NCBI GenBank assembly: GCA_040399745.1
Contig: JBBARP010000001.1
Location: 170,617-234,616, forward strand
Reading direction: 5' to 3'
Source: Bdellovibrionia bacterium
GTDB taxonomy: Bacteria; Bdellovibrionota; UBA1018
DNA length: 64,000 nt
The notes below the pieces were generated by a model. It was not told where the DNA came from. It ran no database searches and worked only from the letters and a program-made list of their open reading frames with translations. The position numbers and the translations under genes are program-made. This document shows positions 27,435-37,013 of the stretch, piece after piece. How positions within the stretch are numbered: the first letter of the stretch is position 1; every line of letters starts with the position of its first letter.

Positions 27435-27750
27435 GAGTACTCCTTGCAAGGGGGGTTAGGCAGACGGCTCGCAAGTAGCACAAACGTCGAAGCCCCACGA
27501 GGCGATTTGCCAAGTGGGGCTTCGAACTTTGGTCTATCGTGATTTCCGGAGTCTGAAAGCTCCGGCATTTCAGGGGTCAGGGTGGGTTCTTACGGTATCG
27601 GCCTCGCGCCGGAACCCCCAAAGGCCCTACGACCCATTCAAGAGGACTCAAATTGTACGATCCTTCTTTTGCTGCCGCGGCCCTCCTGATCGGGAAGGTG
27701 TCCGGCAGTCCGCAGGCGCCGTCGGCGTCGTTACGGCTTAGCCCGCGCAA

Positions 27751-27837
27751 TCAACACTTCGGAGGGCCGGTTTCAGGCCATTCAAGAACTGCTCGTTTCC
27801 AATACGGCGCACTTTCGTTCGGACGCATCGGTTTCAT
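27751..27837 (-). CDS. Candidate small ORF (28 aa, MKPMRPNESAPYWKRAVLEWPETGPPKC)
   Basis: Strong SD TAAGGAG upstream of ATG; below ORF-track cutoff; no homology recognised. Confidence 0.3.
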   Translation of the reverse strand: MKPMRPNESAPYWKRAVLEWPETGPPKC

Positions 27838-28043
27838 TCGCTCGTGCTCCTTACTTAATCAGGCTATCGGCCTATTTGACGCGGCGCAATAAGCAAGGTT
27901 TAGACAGGCAACCGGCAAGCAGAATCCCGAGTCGAAATCAGGCCTTGAACCCCTCTGCGACCAAGCTTTGGCCGATTCCGCCTGGAGTTCAAAGGCCTCC
28001 AGGGTTTTCATTTCATGACCCGCAGGGCTAGGCTGGCGGATCG

Positions 28044-29921
28044 ATGTTTACCGAAGTATTGAAAAAGCGCTTAGGTCTTGAGGGGTTCCGGCCTCATCAG
28101 GAGCCCATTTGCCAGGCGCTGGTCGACGGCCAAGACGCCTTGGTAGTGATGCCTACCGGCGCGGGCAAGAGCCTCTGTTTTCAGGTGCCCGGACTGGTCC
28201 GCGGCGGCACCACCCTGGTCATTAGCCCGCTGGTGGCCTTGATCGAAGATCAGGTGCTTCGTCTGCAAGCCAAAGGCATTCGTGCCGAGCGCATTCACTC
28301 GGGTCGCGGGCGCGAAGCTTCGCGCGACACGTTTCGCGCTTACCTTCGCGGGGAGCTTGAGTTTCTGTTCATCGCGCCGGAGCGCTTAGCAGTCGCGGGC
28401 TTCGCGGAAATGCTGGTGAAGAATCCGCCGCGTTTGGTGGCAGTCGATGAAGCTCACTGTATCAGCCAATGGGGCCATGATTTTCGTCCCGATTACCGCT
28501 TAGTGGGCGAACGCCTGTCGGGGCTCACCGGGGTCCCGGTCGTGGCACTGACGGCCACTGCGACCCCGCAAGTGCAGGACGATATTTGCGAGCGGTTGAA
28601 GCTCAGGGAGCCTGCGCGATTCATTCACGGCTTTCGGCGTGAGAACCTGCAAATTCGCCTAGAAGAGTGCCTGCCGTCGGACCGTCTGGACCGCATTGCC
28701 GAGATTTTAAAAGACCCCGAGCGCTTGCCGGCCATTTTGTATGCTCCCACCCGAAAGCGCGCAGAAGAGCTCGCTTCAGGCCTGGGGCGTAAGCTTCGAG
28801 TTTCGGCCTACCATGCGGGTTTAGTGGCCGAGTCGCGCGACCGGGTTCAACAGCAGTTTCTGGACAGTAAGCTCGACGTCATCGTCGCAACGGTTGCGTT
28901 CGGAATGGGCATCGATAAAGCGGACATTCGCACGGTGATTCACGCTGCCATGCCCGGAACGGTCGAAGGCTATTATCAAGAGATTGGGCGCGCGGGCCGC
29001 GATGGAAAGCTCTCGCAAGCCGTGCTTTTGCATTCGTTTGGGGATCGCCGTACGCACGAGTTTTTCCTCGAGCGCGATTTTCCGGAAACCTCAAAGCTGG
29101 AAGAAATCGTGCGAAACATTCCTGAACGAAACGGCGCAGACTTGGAAGCCGTTCGGTGGATGAGTCGCGAGATTGAAGTGGAAGTGTTTGAAAAGGGCTT
29201 AGAGAAGCTCGTTCAACACGGTGGGGTGGTGCTGGAGGGCGCTGAAACCCTGCGCTTGGCCGAGGTCATTTCCGAGAGCACGAAGAACGGTCCGAGAAGT
29301 TCTGCAGCTTCCGCGGGCGGCGCGCCGACTGTGGTTTTGAAGCGCGGGAAAAACACTTGGGTCAGGGCGTATGAAAAACTGCGCACAGCGCGCTTCTCGC
29401 AGCTCGACCGGATTCAAAGCTACACGCAGACCAAGAACTGCCGAATGCTGGAGCTCCTCAGGCACTTTGGCGATCAAAGCGATCGGGCAGGGGCCTGTAG
29501 TCAGTGTGATCGCTGCGTTCCCTCGACCCAGGTTCGCGAGATCGCAAAAGAGGAACGAACCGTGGCGGTCAGTGTGCTGGCCGCGCTGACGGAACGCGAC
29601 GGGCAGGCCTCGGGCCGCCTCTTTGAGGAAGCGCAGCGCGTGCAGCGAAGCCTGGATCGTTCGGTGTTTGAGCGAGTACTTTCGGCGCTCGAAAAGGCGG
29701 GCTTTGTGGAAAGCCATGCCGAGCAGTTCGAGCGCGACGGCAGAAGCATTCGCTACCGAAGAATCGAGCTCACGCCGAGCGGCGCCCGCGCCAAGGGCAA
29801 GGACCTAGACGAACTGGAAATTGAGGGACCGCTTCCGCGCGGCCTAAGCCGGGGCGGCGCCGCCACCAGCGCGAAGGCAGGAGCCGGAGCGCGGCCGAAG
29901 TTTCGGCGGCGGAAGAGCTGA
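28044..29921 (+). CDS. recQ: RecQ-family ATP-dependent DNA helicase (no HRDC domain evident)
   Basis: [46 protein letters not shown], Zn-binding CR...CSQCDRC. Confidence 0.93.
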   Translation: MFTEVLKKRLGLEGFRPHQEPICQALVDGQDALVVMPTGAGKSLCFQVPGLVRGGTTLVISPLVALIEDQVLRLQAKGIRAERIHSGRGREASRDTFRAYLRGELEFLFIAPERLAVAGFAEMLVKNPPRLVAVDEAHCISQWGHDFRPDYRLVGERLSGLTGVPVVALTATATPQVQDDICERLKLREPARFIHGFRRENLQIRLEECLPSDRLDRIAEILKDPERLPAILYAPTRKRAEELASGLGRKLRVSAYHAGLVAESRDRVQQQFLDSKLDVIVATVAFGMGIDKADIRTVIHAAMPGTVEGYYQEIGRAGRDGKLSQAVLLHSFGDRRTHEFFLERDFPETSKLEEIVRNIPERNGADLEAVRWMSREIEVEVFEKGLEKLVQHGGVVLEGAETLRLAEVISESTKNGPRSSAASAGGAPTVVLKRGKNTWVRAYEKLRTARFSQLDRIQSYTQTKNCRMLELLRHFGDQSDRAGACSQCDRCVPSTQVREIAKEERTVAVSVLAALTERDGQASGRLFEEAQRVQRSLDRSVFERVLSALEKAGFVESHAEQFERDGRSIRYRRIELTPSGARAKGKDLDELEIEGPLPRGLSRGGAATSAKAGAGARPKFRRRKS

Positions 29922-29941
29922 AGGCGGGGCTTAGGCAAACC

Positions 29942-32578
29942 TCACCCCGCCAGTTCGGCTTGGGCTGCGGCGAGGCGGGCGATCGGTACGCGGTAAGGCG
30001 AGCAGCTCACGTAGTCCAGTCCCGCTTCATGGCAGAAGCGGATCGAGGCAGGCTCACCGCCGTGTTCACCGCAAATCCCCATTTTCAGACCGGGCTTGGT
30101 TTTCCGGCCTTCCTCAATCGCAATCTTCATCAAGCGCCCCACGCCGCGCGTGTCGAGCGAAGCAAACGGATCGGTCGAGTAGATTTTCGCCTCTAAGTAG
30201 TCCTTCAGGAAAAGAGTCGAATCGTCGCGCGACAGTCCGTAAGTGGTTTGCGTTAGATCGTTCGTTCCGAAGCTGAAGAACTCGGCGTAATTGGCAATTT
30301 CATCGGCCGTGAGAGCCGCACGCGGAAGCTCGATCATGGTGCCGATCGGGCAAACCAGTTTCACGCCTTTTTCCTTCATCACTTTGGCGGCTTCGTCTTC
30401 GCAGAATTCTCGCACGAACTTCAGTTCACGCCAGTCGCCCACCAAAGGAATCATGATCTCGGGAATGACTTTTTGCTTCTTCTCTTTCACCAAGTCGCAA
30501 GCCGCTTCCACAATGGCGCGTACCTGCATCCGATAAATTTCCGGATAGCTCACCCCTAAGCGGCAGCCCCGGTGTCCCAGCATGGGGTTGAACTCGTGGA
30601 GCTGCTCGGCTTTGCGCTTCAAGCGCTCAAACGGCACCCCAATCTTATTGGAAAGGGTGCGGATCTCGTCGTCACCGTGCGGGATGAACTCGTGAAGGGG
30701 TGGGTCGAGCAAGCGAATCGTGACGGGCAAGCCCGCCATGGCTTCAAAAATCTGGAAGAAGTCGCTTCGCTGCATGGGCAGGATCTTGGACAGCGCTCGG
30801 TCGCGATCGGCCTGGGTGTCGGCCAAAATCATCTCCCGAACGGCGTCGATTCGCTCGACTTCAAAGAACATGTGCTCGGTTCGGCAAAGGCCAATGCCTT
30901 CGGCTCCGAATTCACGCGCTTTTTTGGCGTCTTTCGGGGTGTCGGCGTTCGTGCGGACTTTCAGTCGGCGGGCTCGGTCTACCCACTTCATGAGTTCCAG
31001 GAAATCGCGGTTGAGTTGGGGCTCGGTCGTCGGCACGACGCCCTCGATAATCTCGCCGCTTGAACCGTCCAGAGTCAGCCAGTCGCCCTCTTTCAAGGTC
31101 ACGGCTCCCAAGGTGACTTGGCGTGTGTCGAGATTGATCTTGAGCTGCGTGCAGCCCGTGACGCAGCAGCGGCCCATGCCTCGGGCCACGACAGCTGCGT
31201 GCGAGGTCATCCCGCCTTGCGCGGTCAAAATGCCTTGCGCAACCGACATGCCGTGGATGTCTTCAGGCGAAGTCGAGACGCGGACTAAGAGTACTTTTTT
31301 GCCCTCTTTTGCCCAGTCTTCGGCCTTCTCGGGGTCTAAAACGATTTGCCCGGAAGCAGCGCCAGGCGAAGCCGGTAGGCCACGGCCCAGAACTTTCTTC
31401 GGTGCTTTGGGGTCAAGACCCGGGTGCAGCAGTTGGTCGAGCTGTTCGGGCTGAATGCGCAAGATGGCTTGCTCGCGAGTGATGCGCTTTTCTTTCACTA
31501 GATCGATCGCGATTTTGAGAGCCGCAGGCGCCGTTCGCTTCCCAGTGCGGGTTTGCAGCATGTAGAGCTTGCCGCTTTCAATGGTGAACTCAATGTCCTG
31601 CATGTCGCGGTAATGCTTTTCGAGCTTTGAACAGGCTTTGATGAAATCTGCGTAAGCTTTGGGAAGCGCCTTTTTCAGAAGCGCAATGGGCTGGGGCGTC
31701 CGAATGCCTGCCACTACGTCTTCGCCTTGAGCGTTGATCAGGAACTCGCCGTAAAGCTCATTCTTGCCGGTCGAAGGATCGCGCGTGAAGGCCACACCCG
31801 TGGCACAATCATCGCCTAGGTTTCCAAACACCATGCTCTGAATGTTGACGGCGGTTCCCCAATCCTCGGGGATTTGATTCAAGCGGCGATAGGTGATGGC
31901 GCGAGGGCTCATCCACGAACGAAGAACGGCGCCAATAGCGCCCCAGAGTTGCTCGTCTGCTTTTTCGGGAAAGCTCTTTCCTTGCAGGCGGACAATCTTT
32001 TTGAATTCACCGACCAGTTTCTGAAGGTCTTCGGCCGTGAGTTCAGTGTCGGACTCAACCCCGCGTGTGTGTTTCAGATCTTCGAGCGCTGCTTCGAAGT
32101 TGTTGGTGTGGATGTCGAGCACCACGTCCGAGTACATGGCGATGAAACGGCGGTAGCTGTCCCAAGCGAAACGGGGGTTGCCCGTTTCCTGAATCAAACC
32201 CTGAACCGTCTGATCGTTCAGGCCGAGGTTCAGAATCGTGTCCATCATGCCGGGCATGGACGCACGCGCGCCCGAACGCACGGAGACCAAAAGCGGGCGC
32301 TTGGCTGAGCCGAATTTTCGGCCCATTTGGCGCTCCATCTTAGCCAGGGCCTTTTCCACCTGAGCCTTCAGGCCCGTGGGATAGCTCTGCTTCCGGGCGT
32401 AATACCAGGTGCAGACTTCCGTGGTGAGAGTGAATCCCGGAGGCACGGGCAAGCCCAAGCGAGTCATCGCATGGAGATTTGCGCCTTTGCCTCCCAAGAG
32501 CGTCTTCTGGTCCTCCCGGCCGTCGGCCTTACCGCCTCCGAACGAATAAACCAGCTTGGACGCCTTGGTCTTAGCCAT
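29942..32578 (-). CDS. ppdK: Pyruvate, phosphate dikinase
   Basis: LLGGKGANL, GGMTSHAAVVARG phospho-His, GIGLCRTEHMF, SFGTNDLTQ, GICGEHGG. Confidence 0.98.
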   Translation of the reverse strand: MAKTKASKLVYSFGGGKADGREDQKTLLGGKGANLHAMTRLGLPVPPGFTLTTEVCTWYYARKQSYPTGLKAQVEKALAKMERQMGRKFGSAKRPLLVSVRSGARASMPGMMDTILNLGLNDQTVQGLIQETGNPRFAWDSYRRFIAMYSDVVLDIHTNNFEAALEDLKHTRGVESDTELTAEDLQKLVGEFKKIVRLQGKSFPEKADEQLWGAIGAVLRSWMSPRAITYRRLNQIPEDWGTAVNIQSMVFGNLGDDCATGVAFTRDPSTGKNELYGEFLINAQGEDVVAGIRTPQPIALLKKALPKAYADFIKACSKLEKHYRDMQDIEFTIESGKLYMLQTRTGKRTAPAALKIAIDLVKEKRITREQAILRIQPEQLDQLLHPGLDPKAPKKVLGRGLPASPGAASGQIVLDPEKAEDWAKEGKKVLLVRVSTSPEDIHGMSVAQGILTAQGGMTSHAAVVARGMGRCCVTGCTQLKINLDTRQVTLGAVTLKEGDWLTLDGSSGEIIEGVVPTTEPQLNRDFLELMKWVDRARRLKVRTNADTPKDAKKAREFGAEGIGLCRTEHMFFEVERIDAVREMILADTQADRDRALSKILPMQRSDFFQIFEAMAGLPVTIRLLDPPLHEFIPHGDDEIRTLSNKIGVPFERLKRKAEQLHEFNPMLGHRGCRLGVSYPEIYRMQVRAIVEAACDLVKEKKQKVIPEIMIPLVGDWRELKFVREFCEDEAAKVMKEKGVKLVCPIGTMIELPRAALTADEIANYAEFFSFGTNDLTQTTYGLSRDDSTLFLKDYLEAKIYSTDPFASLDTRGVGRLMKIAIEEGRKTKPGLKMGICGEHGGEPASIRFCHEAGLDYVSCSPYRVPIARLAAAQAELAG

Positions 32579-32584
32579 GACAGC

Positions 32585-33958
32585 TCACTTTCCCCAGTTA
32601 TCGATTTTCTCGTCCAGGTACTGCACCAGCTTGTCGGCTGGAATGCGTTCCTGAGTCATCAAGTCGCGGTGCCGCACCGTCACCGTGTGATTCGACAAAG
32701 TGTCGTAATCGATGGTGATCCCAAACGGAGTGCCGATCTCGTCCTGACGGCGGTAACGCTTGCCGATCGAGCCCGAGTCGTCGCGGTCGACGCGGAACTT
32801 CTTGCGAAGGTCGGCCGAGACTTTGTCGGCGTATTCCATCAGCTCGGGCTTCTTCATCAGCGGGAACACCGCTGCTTTGAAGGGCGCAAGTTTTGGGTGA
32901 AGCTTCAGCCAAACGCGCTCGTTGTCCGAGCGGTAAGCGTCGGTGAGGGCCACCAGCAAGAAGCGGTCGCAACCCACGGAAGTTTCCACGATGTAGGGCA
33001 AGTAGCGCTCTTTGGCTTCTTCGTCGAAGTACTCGAGCTTCTTGCCGCTGAACTCTTGGTGGCGTCCCAAGTCGAAGTCCGAGCGGTTGTGAATACCCTC
33101 GAGTTCCTGCCAGCCGAACGGGAACAAGTACTCGATGTCAAAAGCGGCTTTGGCGTAGTGGGCAAGTTCGCCCGGGCCGTGCGCGTGGAAGCGGAGCTTC
33201 TCTTTACGAATGCCCAAGTCCAAGTGCCACTGAATGCGCTGCTCTTTCCACTTCTCAAACCAATCCATGTCCGAGCCCGGCTTGACGAAGTACTGCATCT
33301 CCATCTGCTCGAACTCACGCGTGCGGAAAATGAAGTTTCCGGGAGTGATTTCGTTTCGGAACGCTTTGCCGATTTGAGCGATGCCAAACGGCAGCTTCTG
33401 GCGCATCGACTGCTGCACGTTCAGGAAGTTCACGTAGATGCCTTGAGCCGTTTCGGGCCGCAAGTAAACGATCGAGGCAGAATCCTCGAGCGGACCCATG
33501 TGGGTCTTGAACATCAGGTTGAACTGGCGAGGCTCGGTCAGTTGGCAATCGCTGCCTTCACCGGGCTTCTTCGAGGGCTTGTTCCCGCAATGGGCCATGT
33601 CGAGCTTGTCAGCGCGGAAGCGGCCTTTGCAGGTTTTGCAATCGACGAGCGGATCAACGAAGCCCGACACGTGGCCGGAAGCTTCCCAGACGCGTGGGTG
33701 CATCAAGATGGCAGCGTCGATGCCCTCGATGTCATCCCGGCGAGTCATGGCGTTCCACCAGACGTCCTTCACGTTGCGCTTCAGTTCTGCGCCGAGCGGA
33801 CCGTAATCCCAGCAAGCATTGATGCCGCCGTAGACTTCACTCGACGGGAACACGAACCCGCGGCGCTTAGAAAGCGACACGAGGTCTGCCATGTCCTGGA
33901 TGTCTTTGGCAGGACCGGGATCTTTTTCGACCAGCTTTTCGGTTTGATTTTCGCTCAT
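32585..33958 (-). CDS. glyQS: Glycine--tRNA ligase, alpha2 (homodimeric) type
   Basis: [46 protein letters not shown]. Confidence 0.97.
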   Translation of the reverse strand: MSENQTEKLVEKDPGPAKDIQDMADLVSLSKRRGFVFPSSEVYGGINACWDYGPLGAELKRNVKDVWWNAMTRRDDIEGIDAAILMHPRVWEASGHVSGFVDPLVDCKTCKGRFRADKLDMAHCGNKPSKKPGEGSDCQLTEPRQFNLMFKTHMGPLEDSASIVYLRPETAQGIYVNFLNVQQSMRQKLPFGIAQIGKAFRNEITPGNFIFRTREFEQMEMQYFVKPGSDMDWFEKWKEQRIQWHLDLGIRKEKLRFHAHGPGELAHYAKAAFDIEYLFPFGWQELEGIHNRSDFDLGRHQEFSGKKLEYFDEEAKERYLPYIVETSVGCDRFLLVALTDAYRSDNERVWLKLHPKLAPFKAAVFPLMKKPELMEYADKVSADLRKKFRVDRDDSGSIGKRYRRQDEIGTPFGITIDYDTLSNHTVTVRHRDLMTQERIPADKLVQYLDEKIDNWGK

Positions 33959-34000
33959 AAATTCGACCTCAGAGGTAACAGAGGCAGGCAATCGCCGCAA

Positions 34001-35257
34001 TCAAGCCGAGCCGAAAAACTGGAGGCACAGCGTGATGACGGTGGCGTTCACGAAGTCGACAAAACAAGCGCCGACGAGCGGAACCACCAGGTAAGCACGG
34101 GGAGCCGGGCCATAGCGGCGAGTCACGGCTTCCATATTGGCCATGGCATTGGCCGTAGTGCCCAGCATGAAGCCCACGAAGCCTCCGCCCATGACGGCTG
34201 CGTCGTAGTCTTTTCCGGATAGGCGGTACACCACTTGGGACGCAATCACCCAGACCACGACCGCTTGAACGGCCAGGATCAGCATCAAAGTGCCGGCCAG
34301 GCTCGAGAGTTGGCTGAGGCGCAGGGTCAAAGTGGCTAGGACCAAGAAGTAAGAAAGGGCTGCCGAACCGATTTCCTCGATCCAGGCGTCTTCCAGGCTT
34401 GCGGGCTTTCCGTCTTTTTTCGGGCGGTCATGCCAGTTCCGGATGAGAGCTGCCACGATCATGGCGCCAATGTAGATGGGCAGCGTGATGCCGCGATCTT
34501 GGATCCATTTACCTAAAGTCGCGCCCAAGGCCATGACAATGAGGAAGAACTTCATGTGGCGCATGAAGTTCGCAGGATCGAGCTGCGGAGCATTCACGCT
34601 GTGCGAGGCTACTTCCTGTGCGGCTGCCGAGACAGCAGCTGCTGCGGCAGGCTGGCCCGCGCCGCTGCCTTTTAGGCCATGGCGGGTCATCAGGCGCGAA
34701 GTGAGCGGAGCACCGAGAAGGCCGCCCATGACAATCCCCAGGAGCGCGCAGGCCGTTCCAATGGGACCTGCACCGATGACGCCTGCTTTTTCAAACGCGG
34801 GCGAAAAGGCGAGGGCCGTTCCCGGGCCGCCGGTGAGGGACACCGAGCCTGCCAGAACGCCTAAGAGCGGATGCTGGCCCAGGGACTTGGCCAAAGTCAT
34901 GCCGACGGCGTTTTGAACCAGCAAAATGACCGAACAAAGAATCAGAAACCGAACCACCTGCGGACCGCCGGCTTTCAGGTTTCGCCAAGAAGCCATCCAA
35001 CCGATGCTGAGAAAGAAAGCGATCATCAGAGGGGTCTGAAGCGCCAAATCGAAAGTGAAGGTCAGGCCGCCCACGACTTCCGCCACCGTGAAACCAAAGC
35101 AAAGAAGAAGTCCGCCCAAGACCGGCTCAGGCAAGCAAAGCTTAGAAAGAGTCGGGAAAAAGCGGGTCAAACCTTTGCCGACCAAAATTCCCAAAGCGGC
35201 CAACGCCAGGGTTTCGATCAAAGAGAATGCATGGAACGGAGTAATGCCTGGGTTCAT
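34001..35257 (-). CDS. gltS: Sodium/glutamate symporter
   Basis: LPEPVLGG, GSVSLTGGPGT, DYDAAV, GTTANAMANM, VVPLVGA. Confidence 0.92.
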   Translation of the reverse strand: MNPGITPFHAFSLIETLALAALGILVGKGLTRFFPTLSKLCLPEPVLGGLLLCFGFTVAEVVGGLTFTFDLALQTPLMIAFFLSIGWMASWRNLKAGGPQVVRFLILCSVILLVQNAVGMTLAKSLGQHPLLGVLAGSVSLTGGPGTALAFSPAFEKAGVIGAGPIGTACALLGIVMGGLLGAPLTSRLMTRHGLKGSGAGQPAAAAAVSAAAQEVASHSVNAPQLDPANFMRHMKFFLIVMALGATLGKWIQDRGITLPIYIGAMIVAALIRNWHDRPKKDGKPASLEDAWIEEIGSAALSYFLVLATLTLRLSQLSSLAGTLMLILAVQAVVVWVIASQVVYRLSGKDYDAAVMGGGFVGFMLGTTANAMANMEAVTRRYGPAPRAYLVVPLVGACFVDFVNATVITLCLQFFGSA

Positions 35258-36978
35258 GGGGATTCGGCTCCTGAGTGAAAGCGAGCATATTCGCCGCTAA
35301 GGGCGAGAAGTTCGTCGTGACGGCCAGATTCCACTACTTGGCCGTTTTTGATGACGAGGATTCGGTCTGCGTTTTGGATCGTGGAAAGTCGGTGAGCGAT
35401 GACGAGTGTCGTTCGGCCACGCATGAGTTCTTCGAGCGCCTCTTGAACAGCCTTTTCCGAGCGATTATCGAGCGCCGAAGTGGCTTCGTCGAGGATCAGA
35501 ATCGGCGCTTTGCGAAGGAAAGCGCGCGCAATGCTGAGGCGTTGTTTTTCTCCGCCGGAGAGTTTCTGGCCGCGATCCCCGATGCGGGTTTCAAAGCCAT
35601 CTGACAAGCGCTCGATGAATTCCAGCGCATGCGCCCTGCGTGCGGCTTCGCGGATTTCTTCGAATGATGCGTCCAGGTTTCCGCAGCGGATGTTCTCGGC
35701 CACAGTGTCGTTAAAGAGGAAAATGTCCTGGCTCACGACAGCCATCATTCCTCGCAGATCTGAAAGCTTCAGGTCGCGAATGTCTTGGCCATCGAGCGTG
35801 ATCGATCCGGCCGTGACGTCAAAAACCCGGGGAAGAAGGCTGACGAGCGAGCTTTTTCCGGCGCCCGAGGCACCGACCAGAGCCACAGCCTGGCCCTTGG
35901 GAATGTCAAAGCTCACGCCGCGAAGCACTTCCCTTTCAGCCGCGTCGGGGTAAGCAAAGCGCACATCCATCAGGCGAATACGGTCGTGAAGCTCGGAAAT
36001 GGGCTTAGGATCAGGCGATTCGGTCAGGCGCGTTTTCCAGTCAAAGACTTGAAAAATGCGCTCACACGCTGCTGAAGCGGTGTGAAGCTTCATGCTGACG
36101 TCGTTCAGGAGGCGAATCGGATGCATCATCAGGCCGAAGGCCAAAAAGAAGGCAAAGAGCTCGCCCGAAGTCATTTGTCCGGCCAGAACCTGAGATCCGC
36201 CGTAGTGAATGACCAGAGCGATGGCAAAAGCCGTGATCAATTCCACCATGGGGTGGGAGGCCTCTTCGAGCGCTGAAGTTTTCAGAAGAATCCGGGTGAA
36301 TTCGCCCGTTTGGCCTAAGAACCGCTTTTGAACGTAGTTTTCGAGCCGGTAAGACTGAACGATCCGAACTCCGGTGAAGCTTTCTTGAAGTGTGGAATAG
36401 ATGCGCGCGCTTTCTTCGGTGATTTTCGAAATGTAGCGCTTCAAGTTCCTGCCCGTGATGCGGAATACCCAAGCGAGGGGCGGGAAAATCAGGAAGAGAA
36501 AAAGAGTGAGCCGCCAATTCAAATGAAGGGCGTAGCCGAAGAGAAAAAGAAAAGTGATGGGCTCGCGAATGAGTACGTTCAGCGAAGCCAGGCCGTTATC
36601 GACCATCTGGGTGTCGTTAGCGACCCGCGAGATCAGGCTTCCCGTGCTTTGCGAGGTGAAATAGTCGGCCGAAAGCCCCATCAGATGACCGAAAAGATCG
36701 TTCTTCAGGGCCTGGTTGGTTCGCACCACCACGATGCGCATGAAGTAATAGTGCAAAAACCGAATGACGAAATTCACCAGGTAAAGACCGATGAAAAGCG
36801 CCGAAAACTGCCAAAGCAGGGAAGCGTCGTTTCCTGGCTTCAAGTTATCGACGAGCTTCTGAACCATGGGCGCAGGAGCCGTGCGAATAGCGGAAAGCGG
36901 GATAGCCAAGGCAAGGCTTCCCAAGAGAAGGCCCATTTGGGGCTTCAGATAAGGTTTTAGTCGCAACAATGAGCTCAT
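35254..36978 (-). CDS. ABC exporter, fused permease/ATPase (MsbA-like)
   Basis: TM domain plus GASGAGKS, LSGGEKQR, ILDEATSALD. Confidence 0.93.
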   Translation of the reverse strand: MSSLLRLKPYLKPQMGLLLGSLALAIPLSAIRTAPAPMVQKLVDNLKPGNDASLLWQFSALFIGLYLVNFVIRFLHYYFMRIVVVRTNQALKNDLFGHLMGLSADYFTSQSTGSLISRVANDTQMVDNGLASLNVLIREPITFLFLFGYALHLNWRLTLFLFLIFPPLAWVFRITGRNLKRYISKITEESARIYSTLQESFTGVRIVQSYRLENYVQKRFLGQTGEFTRILLKTSALEEASHPMVELITAFAIALVIHYGGSQVLAGQMTSGELFAFFLAFGLMMHPIRLLNDVSMKLHTASAACERIFQVFDWKTRLTESPDPKPISELHDRIRLMDVRFAYPDAAEREVLRGVSFDIPKGQAVALVGASGAGKSSLVSLLPRVFDVTAGSITLDGQDIRDLKLSDLRGMMAVVSQDIFLFNDTVAENIRCGNLDASFEEIREAARRAHALEFIERLSDGFETRIGDRGQKLSGGEKQRLSIARAFLRKAPILILDEATSALDNRSEKAVQEALEELMRGRTTLVIAHRLSTIQNADRILVIKNGQVVESGRHDELLALSGEYARFHSGAESP

Positions 36979-37013
36979 GCGGAAGCCCGGGACCTTATGC
37001 TAAACCCGGGCGT

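Noticed and set aside
27540..27650. TPP riboswitch, 6S RNA, SRP RNA or c-di-GMP riboswitch
   Set aside because: Only partial resemblance; lacks CUGAGA and GCGUAGG of TPP, the SRP GGAA core and the GEMM core; kept only as an unassigned structured RNA
32327..34222. 631-aa plus-strand ORF
   Set aside because: Antisense shadow of glyQS and flanking genes; no recognisable protein features
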